Part shown: positions 52,714 to 61,662 of the stretch, piece by piece | How the letters are laid out: every line of letters begins with the position of its first letter | Numbering within the stretch: the first letter of the stretch is position 1 | DNA from: Acidobacteriota bacterium | Lineage (GTDB): Bacteria; Acidobacteriota; Terriglobia; Terriglobales; Acidobacteriaceae | Length of the DNA stretch: 64,000 nt | NCBI GenBank assembly: GCA_016196065.1 | Contig: JACPYL010000018.1 | Span: forward strand, 182,185 to 246,184 | Direction: 5' to 3' | Position numbers and translations under genes: made by a program | Notes under the pieces: generated by a model | Seen by the model: only the letters and a program-made list of their open reading frames with translations | What the model was told of the DNA's origin: nothing | Database searches by the model: none

Positions 52714-53961
52714 TCACTCCTTGTTCGAAGGATCCTTCAAAGCCACGCGCTCCCCGGAGCGCAGCCCATTGGCAACGAGAATGCGATCACCGCTCCGACG
52801 ATCTTCTTTCACTTCTCGCTCTTCAAATTTCGAACCGCGAAGTACATACACAACTGAACGTCCGGATTTCTGGAACGATGCCGCGATTGGGATCGTGAGC
52901 GCCTCTCTGACCTTATCGACTACGACACTCAATTGCGCGCTCATCCCCGGCTTGAGCCGGGCGTCACTCTGATCGAGCAGAACCAGGAAAGTGAAATTTC
53001 TCGGAAACGGCCAGCCGCTGGAAAAATCAGTCGTTGCCGCGCCACTGATCAGGTCGATGCGGCCCGTAAACTGGCGGTCCGGAATCGCGTCGAATTGCAC
53101 GTTCACTTCCTGACCGCTCTTTAGCCGGCCGCGTTCGGTTTCGTCCACCCGGGCCGATACCCGTAGCGTGGAAACGTCGGGAAATTCGGCAATGGGCGCT
53201 CCCGGCCATGCCCGATCGCCGGCCTTGAACGCAGCCTGTCCTTCACCGCGCCACAGTTGCAGCAACGAAATCATGCCATCCGAAGGGGCGCGCAGCGTCA
53301 TTTCGCTCAAGGCCCGCTCGGCACGCTGCGCATCGAAAGTCGCCTTCTTGCTCCCCTGGATTTTGTTTGCGATCGCTGCCTTACTGGCCTCGCGATCGGA
53401 CTTCTGTTTCTGTTCCGCTTCCCGCAGGCGCTGTTCGGCATCGCCAACTTTCAACCGATTTTTGTCGCCTTCGATCGCTGAAATAATCTCCTGCTTGCCG
53501 GCTTCGAGCTTTGCAGTCTCGACGTCGTATTTCGCCTTGGCAACGGCAGTAACATTCCCTTCTTCGGAGAGGCGCGCTTCCGCACGCGCCTGGTCGATTT
53601 CCGCCTGCGCCGATTTCAAAGCTGACTTGTATTGGGCCAGGTCTTGCTCGGTGCGCGTCTTGTCAAATTCGACTACCGAATCGCCCTTCTTGACCTGGGA
53701 TCCATCCGTCGCAATCTTTACGATCTGGAGATCGCCAGCTTCGGCCGGGGCGGAGAGGGTGAGCGATCGAAGCGCTTTCACCTCACCACGCAACGACAGC
53801 GAATCGACAAATTCGCCGCGCGTGACCTCAGCGGTCGGAACAGATGGCGGCCGGTTCGTTAATCCGACTGCGCCAACCAATACTGTGAGAACCACGAAAA
53901 CAAACACCCCTAGCAACAGCGCAGGCCGGTATTTCCAGAGTGCTTGCAGCCTGGCGATCAT
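52714..53961 (-). CDS. HlyD-family periplasmic adaptor (MFP) 2
   Basis: Same architecture as MFP 1 (VTRGEF.., VKKGDSVVEFD, coiled-coil). 7 nt upstream of MFP 1. Confidence 0.8.
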   Translation of the reverse strand: MIARLQALWKYRPALLLGVFVFVVLTVLVGAVGLTNRPPSVPTAEVTRGEFVDSLSLRGEVKALRSLTLSAPAEAGDLQIVKIATDGSQVKKGDSVVEFDKTRTEQDLAQYKSALKSAQAEIDQARAEARLSEEGNVTAVAKAKYDVETAKLEAGKQEIISAIEGDKNRLKVGDAEQRLREAEQKQKSDREASKAAIANKIQGSKKATFDAQRAERALSEMTLRAPSDGMISLLQLWRGEGQAAFKAGDRAWPGAPIAEFPDVSTLRVSARVDETERGRLKSGQEVNVQFDAIPDRQFTGRIDLISGAATTDFSSGWPFPRNFTFLVLLDQSDARLKPGMSAQLSVVVDKVREALTIPIAASFQKSGRSVVYVLRGSKFEEREVKEDRRSGDRILVANGLRSGERVALKDPSNKE

Positions 53962-55193
53962 CGCTCCGCCTTCATCTCGCCACCGGCGGGATCCACTGTT
54001 AGGTCGACCGCAGCCGAAAGGTCGGGCATAAGCCGGGCGTCAGTGCCTTGTATCGAAAAAATTGTCGAGAAAGTTCGCACCTTGGAGGAAAAATCCCCGC
54101 TCCTGGCGATTGGTGCAATCTGCTCCAACTTGCCGGGAAGCACGAACTCTGGATAGGCATCCAGTCGCACGTTTGCATCCTGGCCGATTCGAAGACCGAG
54201 TATGTCTTCCTGATTGACCAATACCTGCACCTGCATAGCCGAAGGATTGACGACCCGCATAAAGGGAACACCAGGCTGTACCTGATCTCCCTCCTGCACC
54301 TCGCCCATTCTGCCGTTCTTCCAGATCGTGTTCAACACGACGACTCCGTCCAACGGAGAATGAATCTGCATGAGATCGGCGTTGCTTTGCGCATTTCGCA
54401 TGATCCGTTGCGTCCGGTCGCGTTGGATCTCAAGAATGCGGATCGCAGCGCGCGCTGCGCTGCGTTTCAGCTCAAAGGTTTCTTTTAATTGCTGCAGCGT
54501 CGCCTTGGCCTGCTCCTGATTCTGCTGGGTCTTTTCCACATCAATGCGCGACATCAATTCGACCTTCTTCATATCCAGGTCGGCATTCTTGAGGGCGCTC
54601 TCCGCTTGATGGAGATCGGTCTCGTCCTTGGCGCGGATCGCATCTTCCTTCGCTTGCTTTTCGGCGACTTGGCCCACCAGTTTGTTGTACTCCGTTTGCT
54701 TGTCGAGAAAATCTCTCATCTGTGCCTGGCGGTCGAATTCCACCAACAAGTCACCTGCCTTAACCTTGCTTCCACCAGTCAGCAGCCGCGTGATCGTCAG
54801 CGTACTCACCGTTTGTCCCGAGAGAGCGGGAGCCAGAATCGCGCGCGCCTGGACCGCTTCCGTAGTTCCCTTGAGACGAAGGAGGTGGGACGTTCCAGGA
54901 GTTTGAGCGGAGGTCCCCGGCCCGCTTCGCTGTGTCCCTGACTTACGAATCACCAGGAAGGACAGACCGGCAAGAAATACAAGGAAGATCGTCGCGAATG
55001 CCAGCAACTTGCGAGAAGGTTTCCAGCCCGTTGCCTTTTCGTCGGCAACTGACTGAAGCTCTCCCTCCGCCGGTGAGACGGTGGGAGCGGAGTCATCCAT
55101 CAATCTTCCGTCCGGCGACTGCATAGCCATAGAACGCTGACTTCGTCCAAGGTTGCGCGCAAACTCTTCAGGGCTTTCCCTATTATCTGCCAA
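53958..55193 (-). CDS. HlyD-family periplasmic adaptor (MFP) 3 with ~70-aa cytoplasmic N-extension
   Basis: TTG start at 55193; alternative ATGs near 55130 are possible. The TM span is LLAFATIFLVFLAGLSFLVI. VKAGDLLVEFD and a coiled-coil are present. 4-nt overlap with MFP 2. Confidence 0.7.
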   Translation of the reverse strand: MADNRESPEEFARNLGRSQRSMAMQSPDGRLMDDSAPTVSPAEGELQSVADEKATGWKPSRKLLAFATIFLVFLAGLSFLVIRKSGTQRSGPGTSAQTPGTSHLLRLKGTTEAVQARAILAPALSGQTVSTLTITRLLTGGSKVKAGDLLVEFDRQAQMRDFLDKQTEYNKLVGQVAEKQAKEDAIRAKDETDLHQAESALKNADLDMKKVELMSRIDVEKTQQNQEQAKATLQQLKETFELKRSAARAAIRILEIQRDRTQRIMRNAQSNADLMQIHSPLDGVVVLNTIWKNGRMGEVQEGDQVQPGVPFMRVVNPSAMQVQVLVNQEDILGLRIGQDANVRLDAYPEFVLPGKLEQIAPIARSGDFSSKVRTFSTIFSIQGTDARLMPDLSAAVDLTVDPAGGEMKAER

Positions 55194-55510
55194 AGTCCCC
55201 TTTAACAGGTATTAGCTTTGCGATCTTAAATATAAGCATAGGGAGACAGCTTTGATCCCTATATATCTCGTTCCAAAGTCGAAATATTCGTGATGGCATG
55301 ACCGATTACTGCGGCGTTGATGTGAGGGGAAACTGAAGGGGATCGACCAAGCCACAATTTAATAACGTGATAGGAGTGGAGGGTGAGCGTAGCTGAACAC
55401 TAAGGCTGGTTGAACTCCGAGGTCCTAAGATTGGCGGTACGAAAAGTCAACGACCTAGCGTTCTTTGCAGGAATTGGGATCACTTAGTATTTACACGCCC
55501 TTTGCGGTGC

Positions 55511-56800
55511 TCAGCGGTTCCCCGCCTCGGCGCCCTGTAGGTCCAGACTCACGCGTTCCCCGTTAATAAGGACAGACGCCTGGTCAATGAGCTGTTGTCC
55601 CGTGCAATCGTACGCCTCGTAGCAACGCAATGCAGTCGTGGGGAAAAAGAACTCGACTGCTTCATTGCCTTGACTGGCGGGCACTTTGTCCTGCAGATGG
55701 ATGGTGGTGCTGAAAGCGATGCCGTCGAAATCAAGTTCACCCTTGTAGTAGGCCATCACGGGACGGAGAAGATGTCCGATGTGATCGTCAAATGCAAGAG
55801 CTGCCATCTTGTAGCGGCTGCCCGCCGCGGCCGCCGGCAAAGTGGTCGTCACCGAAAATTCGAGATACGCTCCTTTGCGGAACGCGACCATCGCAGGTGG
55901 CGCGTAGGCTACAAAGTGCGCCTGCGCATCGATTTCTTTCACCACCAGATCCGTCACTTTTTGATAAGACGCCTGAGTCTTCGCAAGCGCCTCAGCCGAA
56001 GTGTCGCGAGGCGGGGCTGGAGGAGGTTCGGGTGGCGTCATGCGCGGAAAGGCACGCGGGGCGGCGGTGCTCTCTGCTGCTTTTGACGATTTGGATTTTC
56101 GGCTGGAATCCCTGCTGGCGGCCGGATCCTGGTTCTGCGCATCGATGCGCGCTGCTTCCTGCGCGGCGCGATCGCTCAGATAGAGGACAAAGGGCTCACC
56201 GTTGATAAAGAATTGTCCATCGAGGACGGCCGCCTGACGATCGTTTTCAGTCTTACCGTTGACCAGTCGCAGGGCAGCGTCTTTGGGTAATACAAACACC
56301 AAGTTCTCTGGGCGCTCCATCTTCATACCCATCGCCTTGCCGCGGACGTGATGAGAAATCTCCATCGCGAAGCCTTCGATTTCCGGGATGTCTTTGAGTT
56401 CGTGCACGGCGATGTCCACAATGGGCATCATGACGTCCTGAAACGTGCGGAGAGCGCGATGGCTTTTGTCCACCATATCTCCGGAATAGGACGCGAAGTA
56501 ATTGCCGGTCAACTCGACGACGGTCAAGCCACTGTAGTTGTCGAAGCGAAGGGAACGTTGGTCGGCGTGCTCCTGCTGGGCCAACTCAAGATCGAGGACG
56601 CGGCTGAAATAGAAGGCGTAAGGGAAGATGTGTCCCTGAATTTCGGCCCCTGCGGTTTGCAGCTGCTGGAAGTATTTCTCCTGCAGCGCCCGCATTTGCG
56701 GTTCCTTGATTTCAGCAGGAGTGAGCGTTTGTGCTGTCGCCAGCGATGCCAGGCCCAACACGACCACCAGCCACAACCTTTTACTGCTGCGCGTAAACAA
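55511..56800 (-). CDS. exported hypothetical protein with internal two-domain duplication
   Basis: Leader KRLWLVVVLGLASLATAQ. Two halves are separated by a Ser/Pro/Ala-rich linker (..SSRKSKSSKAAESTAAPRAFPRMTPPEPPPAPPRD..). The halves end in similar strands (LDGQFFINGEPFVLYL vs IDQASVLINGERVSLDL). 20-nt overlap with the upstream cytochrome gene. Confidence 0.5.
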   Translation of the reverse strand: MFTRSSKRLWLVVVLGLASLATAQTLTPAEIKEPQMRALQEKYFQQLQTAGAEIQGHIFPYAFYFSRVLDLELAQQEHADQRSLRFDNYSGLTVVELTGNYFASYSGDMVDKSHRALRTFQDVMMPIVDIAVHELKDIPEIEGFAMEISHHVRGKAMGMKMERPENLVFVLPKDAALRLVNGKTENDRQAAVLDGQFFINGEPFVLYLSDRAAQEAARIDAQNQDPAASRDSSRKSKSSKAAESTAAPRAFPRMTPPEPPPAPPRDTSAEALAKTQASYQKVTDLVVKEIDAQAHFVAYAPPAMVAFRKGAYLEFSVTTTLPAAAAGSRYKMAALAFDDHIGHLLRPVMAYYKGELDFDGIAFSTTIHLQDKVPASQGNEAVEFFFPTTALRCYEAYDCTGQQLIDQASVLINGERVSLDLQGAEAGNR

Positions 56801-57551
56801 TTCCGGGAGCTCCGTAAGGGGGATCGGAAATCATTCGGATGTAAGCGATCACCGCCTGCATCTCGGATTTCGACAAAGTATATCCGTACGGTGGCATCAG
56901 CGGAGATTTATTGAGTGCCGGCCCTCCGTGGGAGATGATCGCAGTCAGGTCGGCATCCGTCATTTTGTTGAGCGTATCGCCTTCTGTAAAGGGATGTGGC
57001 TTGGTTTCGAGGTTGTCGTAGTTCGATACACGCTCGGCGCTTGATTCCTGATTGTGGCATCGTGCGCAGTACTGGTCATTGAGTTGGCTGCCCAACATTT
57101 CCTGGTAGCCGAGCGCGACCTCTTCGACTTTGAGATCAACAACTTTACCGGCCTTGGTCGCTGTGCTCGCAGTAATTTGATAGCGTCCGGGAACCACGCC
57201 GAGGGAAACGTTGCTGGTGAACTGTCCGCTGGAGTCGGTGAGTCCAGTTGCCGGATCGAGATAGACGCCGTTTGGTCCGCGGAGCGTGACCAGAGCGCCC
57301 GGTAAGGCGTTGCCTTGCTCGTCATTGACTTGCAGAACTACGGGCTGAGCGAGGGGTGTTCCTACTGCGGCAGCCTGCTTGCCGCCGCTCGATTCCACAA
57401 TCGCGGTCCCGTATGCGGTTGGCTTCGGCAACGGCGCGGAAGAAGTCGAAGAGCGCGAACAGGCCAAATTGCAAAGGAGGAGCGCAAGAGACAAAACAAG
57501 CGCGCTCCCAGCGGCAGTCCGCTTACCGGATTTCTTGGACTGATACGTCAT
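56781..57551 (-). CDS. lipoprotein-like Ig-domain + monohaem c-type cytochrome
   Basis: The leader ends LLCNLACS (possible lipobox). An Ig-like block follows (PVVLQVNDEQGNALPGALVTL..GRYQITAS). A single CARCH haem motif and a distal Met (SPLMPPYG) are present. Confidence 0.75.
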   Translation of the reverse strand: MTYQSKKSGKRTAAGSALVLSLALLLCNLACSRSSTSSAPLPKPTAYGTAIVESSGGKQAAAVGTPLAQPVVLQVNDEQGNALPGALVTLRGPNGVYLDPATGLTDSSGQFTSNVSLGVVPGRYQITASTATKAGKVVDLKVEEVALGYQEMLGSQLNDQYCARCHNQESSAERVSNYDNLETKPHPFTEGDTLNKMTDADLTAIISHGGPALNKSPLMPPYGYTLSKSEMQAVIAYIRMISDPPYGAPGIVYAQQ

Positions 57552-59620
57552 CGCTTTTTCGCCTCCTGCGCTTCGCGCCCTTTTTGGCTCATCAGGAATG
57601 CGGTCAGGGCGCGGGCGTCATCGTCGCTCATATTGCGCTTCGGCTCCTGTGTGCCGGGACGGAGCGCTTGCGGGTCTTTCATCCAGTTATAGACCCACGC
57701 CGCACTCAGGCGGGAGCCGACATGCGTCAATGTCGGACCGACGTAGCCCTTGTCCTGTTTGGTGTCGATGATGTGGCAACCCTGGCATGCGAATTTGGAA
57801 TAGTAGAGTTGTTTGCCCAATTCAACTTCTCCGGCGGAATAGCCGGACATCGGCATCGCATCGCGGTCGATCTTCGGAGACTGGTAGACCGCCATGATGT
57901 AGTCGGTCAGCGTATTGATTTCCGCGTCCGTCAGGTTGAACTTGGGCATGCGGCGAATCAACGCTGGCCGCAGCGTGTTCGGATTGCGAAAGAATTGCAC
58001 CAGCCATTCCCGCTGCACCGAACTGCCCTCCCATGTAAGGTCGGGAGCCATGTCGCCGCCACGGCCGTTGATGGCGTGGCAAGAGAAGCAGTTCAGATCT
58101 TTGATCAGCTTGCCTGCTGCGCCGGCAGGCTCATAATGCGAAGCGGGAAGAGCAGCCACCGTTTTTGCGGCGGGCATCGTGAGAGACCGTTCGTTATGGG
58201 AGAGCAAAGCGTTCTCGAGAGCATCCACCTGCGCGGTCGAGAACGTATACTGCGGCATTTTCAATCCCGACCCGAAGGCGCGCGGCTGACGAATCTTTGC
58301 GTTGATGTAGTCGTAGAGCGTGTGCGGAACACCGGCCGCGAATGCCAATTGACTCACCGGCTTGCTTCCGATCCGTGTCAGCTCCGGCGCAAAATTGTCG
58401 GGATGCTTGATGCCGTTAATCTCATGGCAGGACGCGCATCCATAGTCATTCACGAGGCGCTTGCCGTGATCAATCTGTTCTTGCGTGGCAGTATCGAGGT
58501 GAACGTTCGCGAGCAAATCAGAGTCTGACTTGCCCATTAGGAAGCCAGTGAGCAGGCCGACTTCCTGATCCGTGAAGCGATAGTGCGGCATGCCCGTGGG
58601 CGGATCGTAATCGTGTGGATTGCGCACCCAGGCCTGCAGCCACTCCGGCCTTACCTTGGTGCCTACTTTCGTCAGTTCCGGTCCCACATTGCCGCCCACC
58701 AGATTGCCGGCGGCATTCTGCACGGCGTGGCATGAAGCACAGAACGATTCTCCGTACAGGCTGGCCGCCTTCGTCTGAAGAGCGGCGTCGTCTTTCACTT
58801 TCTTTGCCTGATCGAGCGAAGCTTGTACGACTTTGACGCCAGCCGATGTGCTCGAAGAAATAAGAAACGCTGAAATGTCGCGGGCGTCTTCATCCTTCAA
58901 TTTGAAATTCGGCATGGTCGCGGAAGTCGAATACGCCTGCGGATCTTTCAGCCAGGCGTAGACCCATTCGCGTGTCGTCTTGTCGGCGACGTGCGCGAGC
59001 GACGGCGGATCGTCCACGCCGGTGATCACGCTGCCGTCAGGACGCTTGATCGTATGGCAGTGAACACAGCCATATTGCGCCAGCATCTTGCGGCCGAGAT
59101 TGAGTTGCGGAGTGCCTTTCAGATCCTGCTGGTGACACTGTCCGCAGGATGACTCCAGGTACTTTGCGGGCAGCAGAGGCTCTTCCCATGCGAGCGTGCT
59201 CATGTGAGCTTCTTCGACAGATGTTGCAGCGCCTTGTCCGCGATGGCACACCGAGCAGCCAAACTGTTCGAGCTTATGCGGGATAGGAGGATGCGGACGG
59301 TAGGGCTGCGCGGTGACGTCCATCAGGGTCGGTTCTTTGAGCGCCGAATGGCAGGACTCGCAACGATCGACGACGTTCATTTCCGGCAGCCAGATCTGCT
59401 GAATGCCGGGTTCGAAGTGGCGGCTCAGTGTAACGGCGTCGCTGCGCTTGCTGATCAGTTTTTCGTAGCCGCGCTGGTAGCGCCGCCATTCGGCAAAATG
59501 ATTCTTGGCGGGAGCGATCGCCAGCAGGATCAGCAGGAAAAGACTCGTCCAACCGAAGGCACGCACCGTATTGCCGAAGAATTTCTGACGAAGTTTTTCG
59601 AGAGAGTCGGGGAGCCGCAC
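57548..59620 (-). CDS. membrane-anchored octahaem c-type cytochrome
   Basis: Eight CxxCH motifs read in the translation: CESCH, CSVCH, CGQCH, CVHCH, CASCH, CASCH, CFSCH and CQGCH. N-terminal TM is WTSLFLLILLAIAPA. The C-terminal units look like class-I cyt c (..MPNF, ..MPHY, ..MPQY, ..MPKF). Confidence 0.85.
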   Translation of the reverse strand: MRLPDSLEKLRQKFFGNTVRAFGWTSLFLLILLAIAPAKNHFAEWRRYQRGYEKLISKRSDAVTLSRHFEPGIQQIWLPEMNVVDRCESCHSALKEPTLMDVTAQPYRPHPPIPHKLEQFGCSVCHRGQGAATSVEEAHMSTLAWEEPLLPAKYLESSCGQCHQQDLKGTPQLNLGRKMLAQYGCVHCHTIKRPDGSVITGVDDPPSLAHVADKTTREWVYAWLKDPQAYSTSATMPNFKLKDEDARDISAFLISSSTSAGVKVVQASLDQAKKVKDDAALQTKAASLYGESFCASCHAVQNAAGNLVGGNVGPELTKVGTKVRPEWLQAWVRNPHDYDPPTGMPHYRFTDQEVGLLTGFLMGKSDSDLLANVHLDTATQEQIDHGKRLVNDYGCASCHEINGIKHPDNFAPELTRIGSKPVSQLAFAAGVPHTLYDYINAKIRQPRAFGSGLKMPQYTFSTAQVDALENALLSHNERSLTMPAAKTVAALPASHYEPAGAAGKLIKDLNCFSCHAINGRGGDMAPDLTWEGSSVQREWLVQFFRNPNTLRPALIRRMPKFNLTDAEINTLTDYIMAVYQSPKIDRDAMPMSGYSAGEVELGKQLYYSKFACQGCHIIDTKQDKGYVGPTLTHVGSRLSAAWVYNWMKDPQALRPGTQEPKRNMSDDDARALTAFLMSQKGREAQEAKKR

Positions 59621-60337
59621 TTAACTCCTCCAGGGCAGAACCCAGGACCATCCCGGGCCGCGGAAAAGGGTGCCGACCGCAGTCAGCACAACCAGTTCAA
59701 AGAGGAACCAGCTCATAATCCAAAAGGAGAGCGGTTTTGCCGCCAGTGAGCGGCGGAAGCGAGAGGGAGAATCGACAGTTGCGCCGGCGGCCATCGCCAT
59801 CAGGGCCACCGTGATCAGCGTGGGAACGAGTGCCACTATCACATCGAAGGCGAGCAGGAATAGTGAGAACACGCTCGCCACCACCCAGAAGATACGCAGG
59901 CGTTTTTGGCGGTCCTTGGTAAATAGACCTTCTGCTTCGATGTTGATGTTGAAATATGGAATCACGATCAGTGCGAGAACGACCAGCGTCGGCACAAGTA
60001 CGCCGGCCACCATCGGCGGAAAGTAGTGCAGCAATTCCTGCAATCCCAGGAAGTACCACGGTGCCTTGGCGGGATTCGGAGTGTGCGATGGGTCCGCCAG
60101 TCCTTCCAGAGGTGCATTGAAAAACAGCGAAATCAGCACCAGGATAATAGTGAGTACCTGCATCACAATCGCGGCCCGGAAGATTACTTCCGGAAACGAT
60201 TGCACAACCTCTTCGTCATGGGCCTTGACCTGCGCCGAGGTGCGGCGCGTCACAAACGCTACCCGCACCGGCGACTTGCGGACATCAGACCCGACTGCGG
60301 CAACGAAGTCTTTGTTCTTATCTTTTACGTCGCTCAT
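59621..60337 (-). CDS. cytochrome b C-terminal part (subunit IV / PetD-like)
   Basis: The Qo-loop motif [13 protein letters not shown] (APWY at nt 60053-60064) is followed by three TM helices. 4-nt overlap with cyt b. Confidence 0.8.
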   Translation of the reverse strand: MSDVKDKNKDFVAAVGSDVRKSPVRVAFVTRRTSAQVKAHDEEVVQSFPEVIFRAAIVMQVLTIILVLISLFFNAPLEGLADPSHTPNPAKAPWYFLGLQELLHYFPPMVAGVLVPTLVVLALIVIPYFNINIEAEGLFTKDRQKRLRIFWVVASVFSLFLLAFDVIVALVPTLITVALMAMAAGATVDSPSRFRRSLAAKPLSFWIMSWFLFELVVLTAVGTLFRGPGWSWVLPWRS

Positions 60338-61116
60338 ACCGGAGGCCTCACTGGAGCGGTCGTCATCACAACGTCCGGCTCACTGTGTCGCGCATACAGA
60401 CCGCCATCCTTGCGGATTCGCCAGAAATGGATCATCACGAACAACAACGCAACCAGCGGAAGAATCATGCAGTGCAGTACGTAAAAACGGAGCAGGGCAT
60501 TGGCATTCACGAAATGTCCGCCGAGCATCAGGAAACGGACCTTCCCGCCCACGATTGGAACGGCCGACGCGATATTAGATCCAACCGTGATCGCCCAGAA
60601 GGCCAGTTGATCCCAAGGCAACAGGTATCCGGTGTAACTGAGGAGGAGCGTGATCAGAAGCAGCACGACTCCGACTACCCAGTTGAATTCGCGTGGCGGA
60701 CGATACGCGCCTCGGTAAAACACGCGAAACATGTGCGCGAAGACCAGGAAGACCATTGCGTGCGCGGACCAGCGATGCAGGTTCCTCAGAAACTGCCCGG
60801 AAGAAACGACGAACTGCAGATCCTTGGTGTCGGCGTAAGCCTGCGGTGCCGAGGGATGGTAGTAGAGCATGAGCAGAATCCCTGTGATCACGAGAATCAC
60901 GAAGGTGCCGAGCGTCAGCGTGCCCAGATACCAGGTCGCGTTGAATTCCAGCATGCGCTTGCGCACTTTGGTGGACAGCAAGTGCAGGAAGACGTTTTGC
61001 TGGATGGCCATCGAGTTATGCAGCGTGCTCGATCCCGTGCCACCACGAAACACGGAGCGCCACACCCGCGTCTCACGTAATTCGTCGAAATATCGATTGA
61101 AAGTTGCATTCATCAC
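60334..61116 (-). CDS. cytochrome b (b6-like N-terminal four-helix part)
   Basis: Two bis-His helix pairs are present: [20 protein letters not shown] and [23 protein letters not shown]. Confidence 0.9.
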   Translation of the reverse strand: MMNATFNRYFDELRETRVWRSVFRGGTGSSTLHNSMAIQQNVFLHLLSTKVRKRMLEFNATWYLGTLTLGTFVILVITGILLMLYYHPSAPQAYADTKDLQFVVSSGQFLRNLHRWSAHAMVFLVFAHMFRVFYRGAYRPPREFNWVVGVVLLLITLLLSYTGYLLPWDQLAFWAITVGSNIASAVPIVGGKVRFLMLGGHFVNANALLRFYVLHCMILPLVALLFVMIHFWRIRKDGGLYARHSEPDVVMTTAPVRPPV

Positions 61117-61616
61117 TAAACCCTCACGAACTGCAGCGCGCGGACTTCGGTAGAACGGTCGACCATCAATTCGCCGTCCTCACTCAGCCACATCCGCAGC
61201 CAGGGCAGAGGCTTGGGCGCCGGCCCTTCTTTCTTGACGCCTTCACGAGTGAACTTGCTGCCGTGACATGGGCACGCGATGGTGTCAATCTCCGGTTTCC
61301 ATGCGGTCAGGCAGCCGAGATGCGTGCACACGGCGTTCAGTGCAAAGAAACCCTCCGCTCCGTGCACAACAAATATTCGTGCGTCGACATCGAGCGTGAC
61401 GGAATCGAGTGCATAACTTGCCGGCTGGCCCATATTCACGATCGGAGACGGCTCATAGAGCACATTTGGCGACAGAAACTGGTAGCCGAAAGCGGCCGTA
61501 CCGGCGGCCGCAATGCCGAGCGAACCGAGTCCCATCTTCACGAAGAACTCGCGACGGTCGATGCTGGAGTCCGCCGCTCCCTGAATTCGATCCTGGTTTT
61601 TCTTTTCCTCTGCCAT
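61116..61616 (-). CDS. Rieske [2Fe-2S] subunit, Tat-targeted
   Basis: ATG at 61616 ([31 protein letters not shown]) is preferred over the track start at 61715, which overlaps the upstream gene. Cluster boxes are CTHLGC and CPCHGS. Confidence 0.9.
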   Translation of the reverse strand: MAEEKKNQDRIQGAADSSIDRREFFVKMGLGSLGIAAAGTAAFGYQFLSPNVLYEPSPIVNMGQPASYALDSVTLDVDARIFVVHGAEGFFALNAVCTHLGCLTAWKPEIDTIACPCHGSKFTREGVKKEGPAPKPLPWLRMWLSEDGELMVDRSTEVRALQFVRV

Positions 61617-61662
61617 GTTTCCCTCTGCAACGTCTTCCCCGAACAGCGTGGTCGTGCCGTGA

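Noticed and set aside
55194-55510. tRNA or small structured RNA in the AT-rich spacer
   Set aside because: No cloverleaf-compatible arms, no GGTTCGAATCC-type T-loop and no convincing stable hairpin were found by eye.
57356-58528. 390-aa plus-strand ORF
   Set aside because: It is antisense to the octahaem cytochrome, whose eight CxxCH motifs validate the minus-strand frame.
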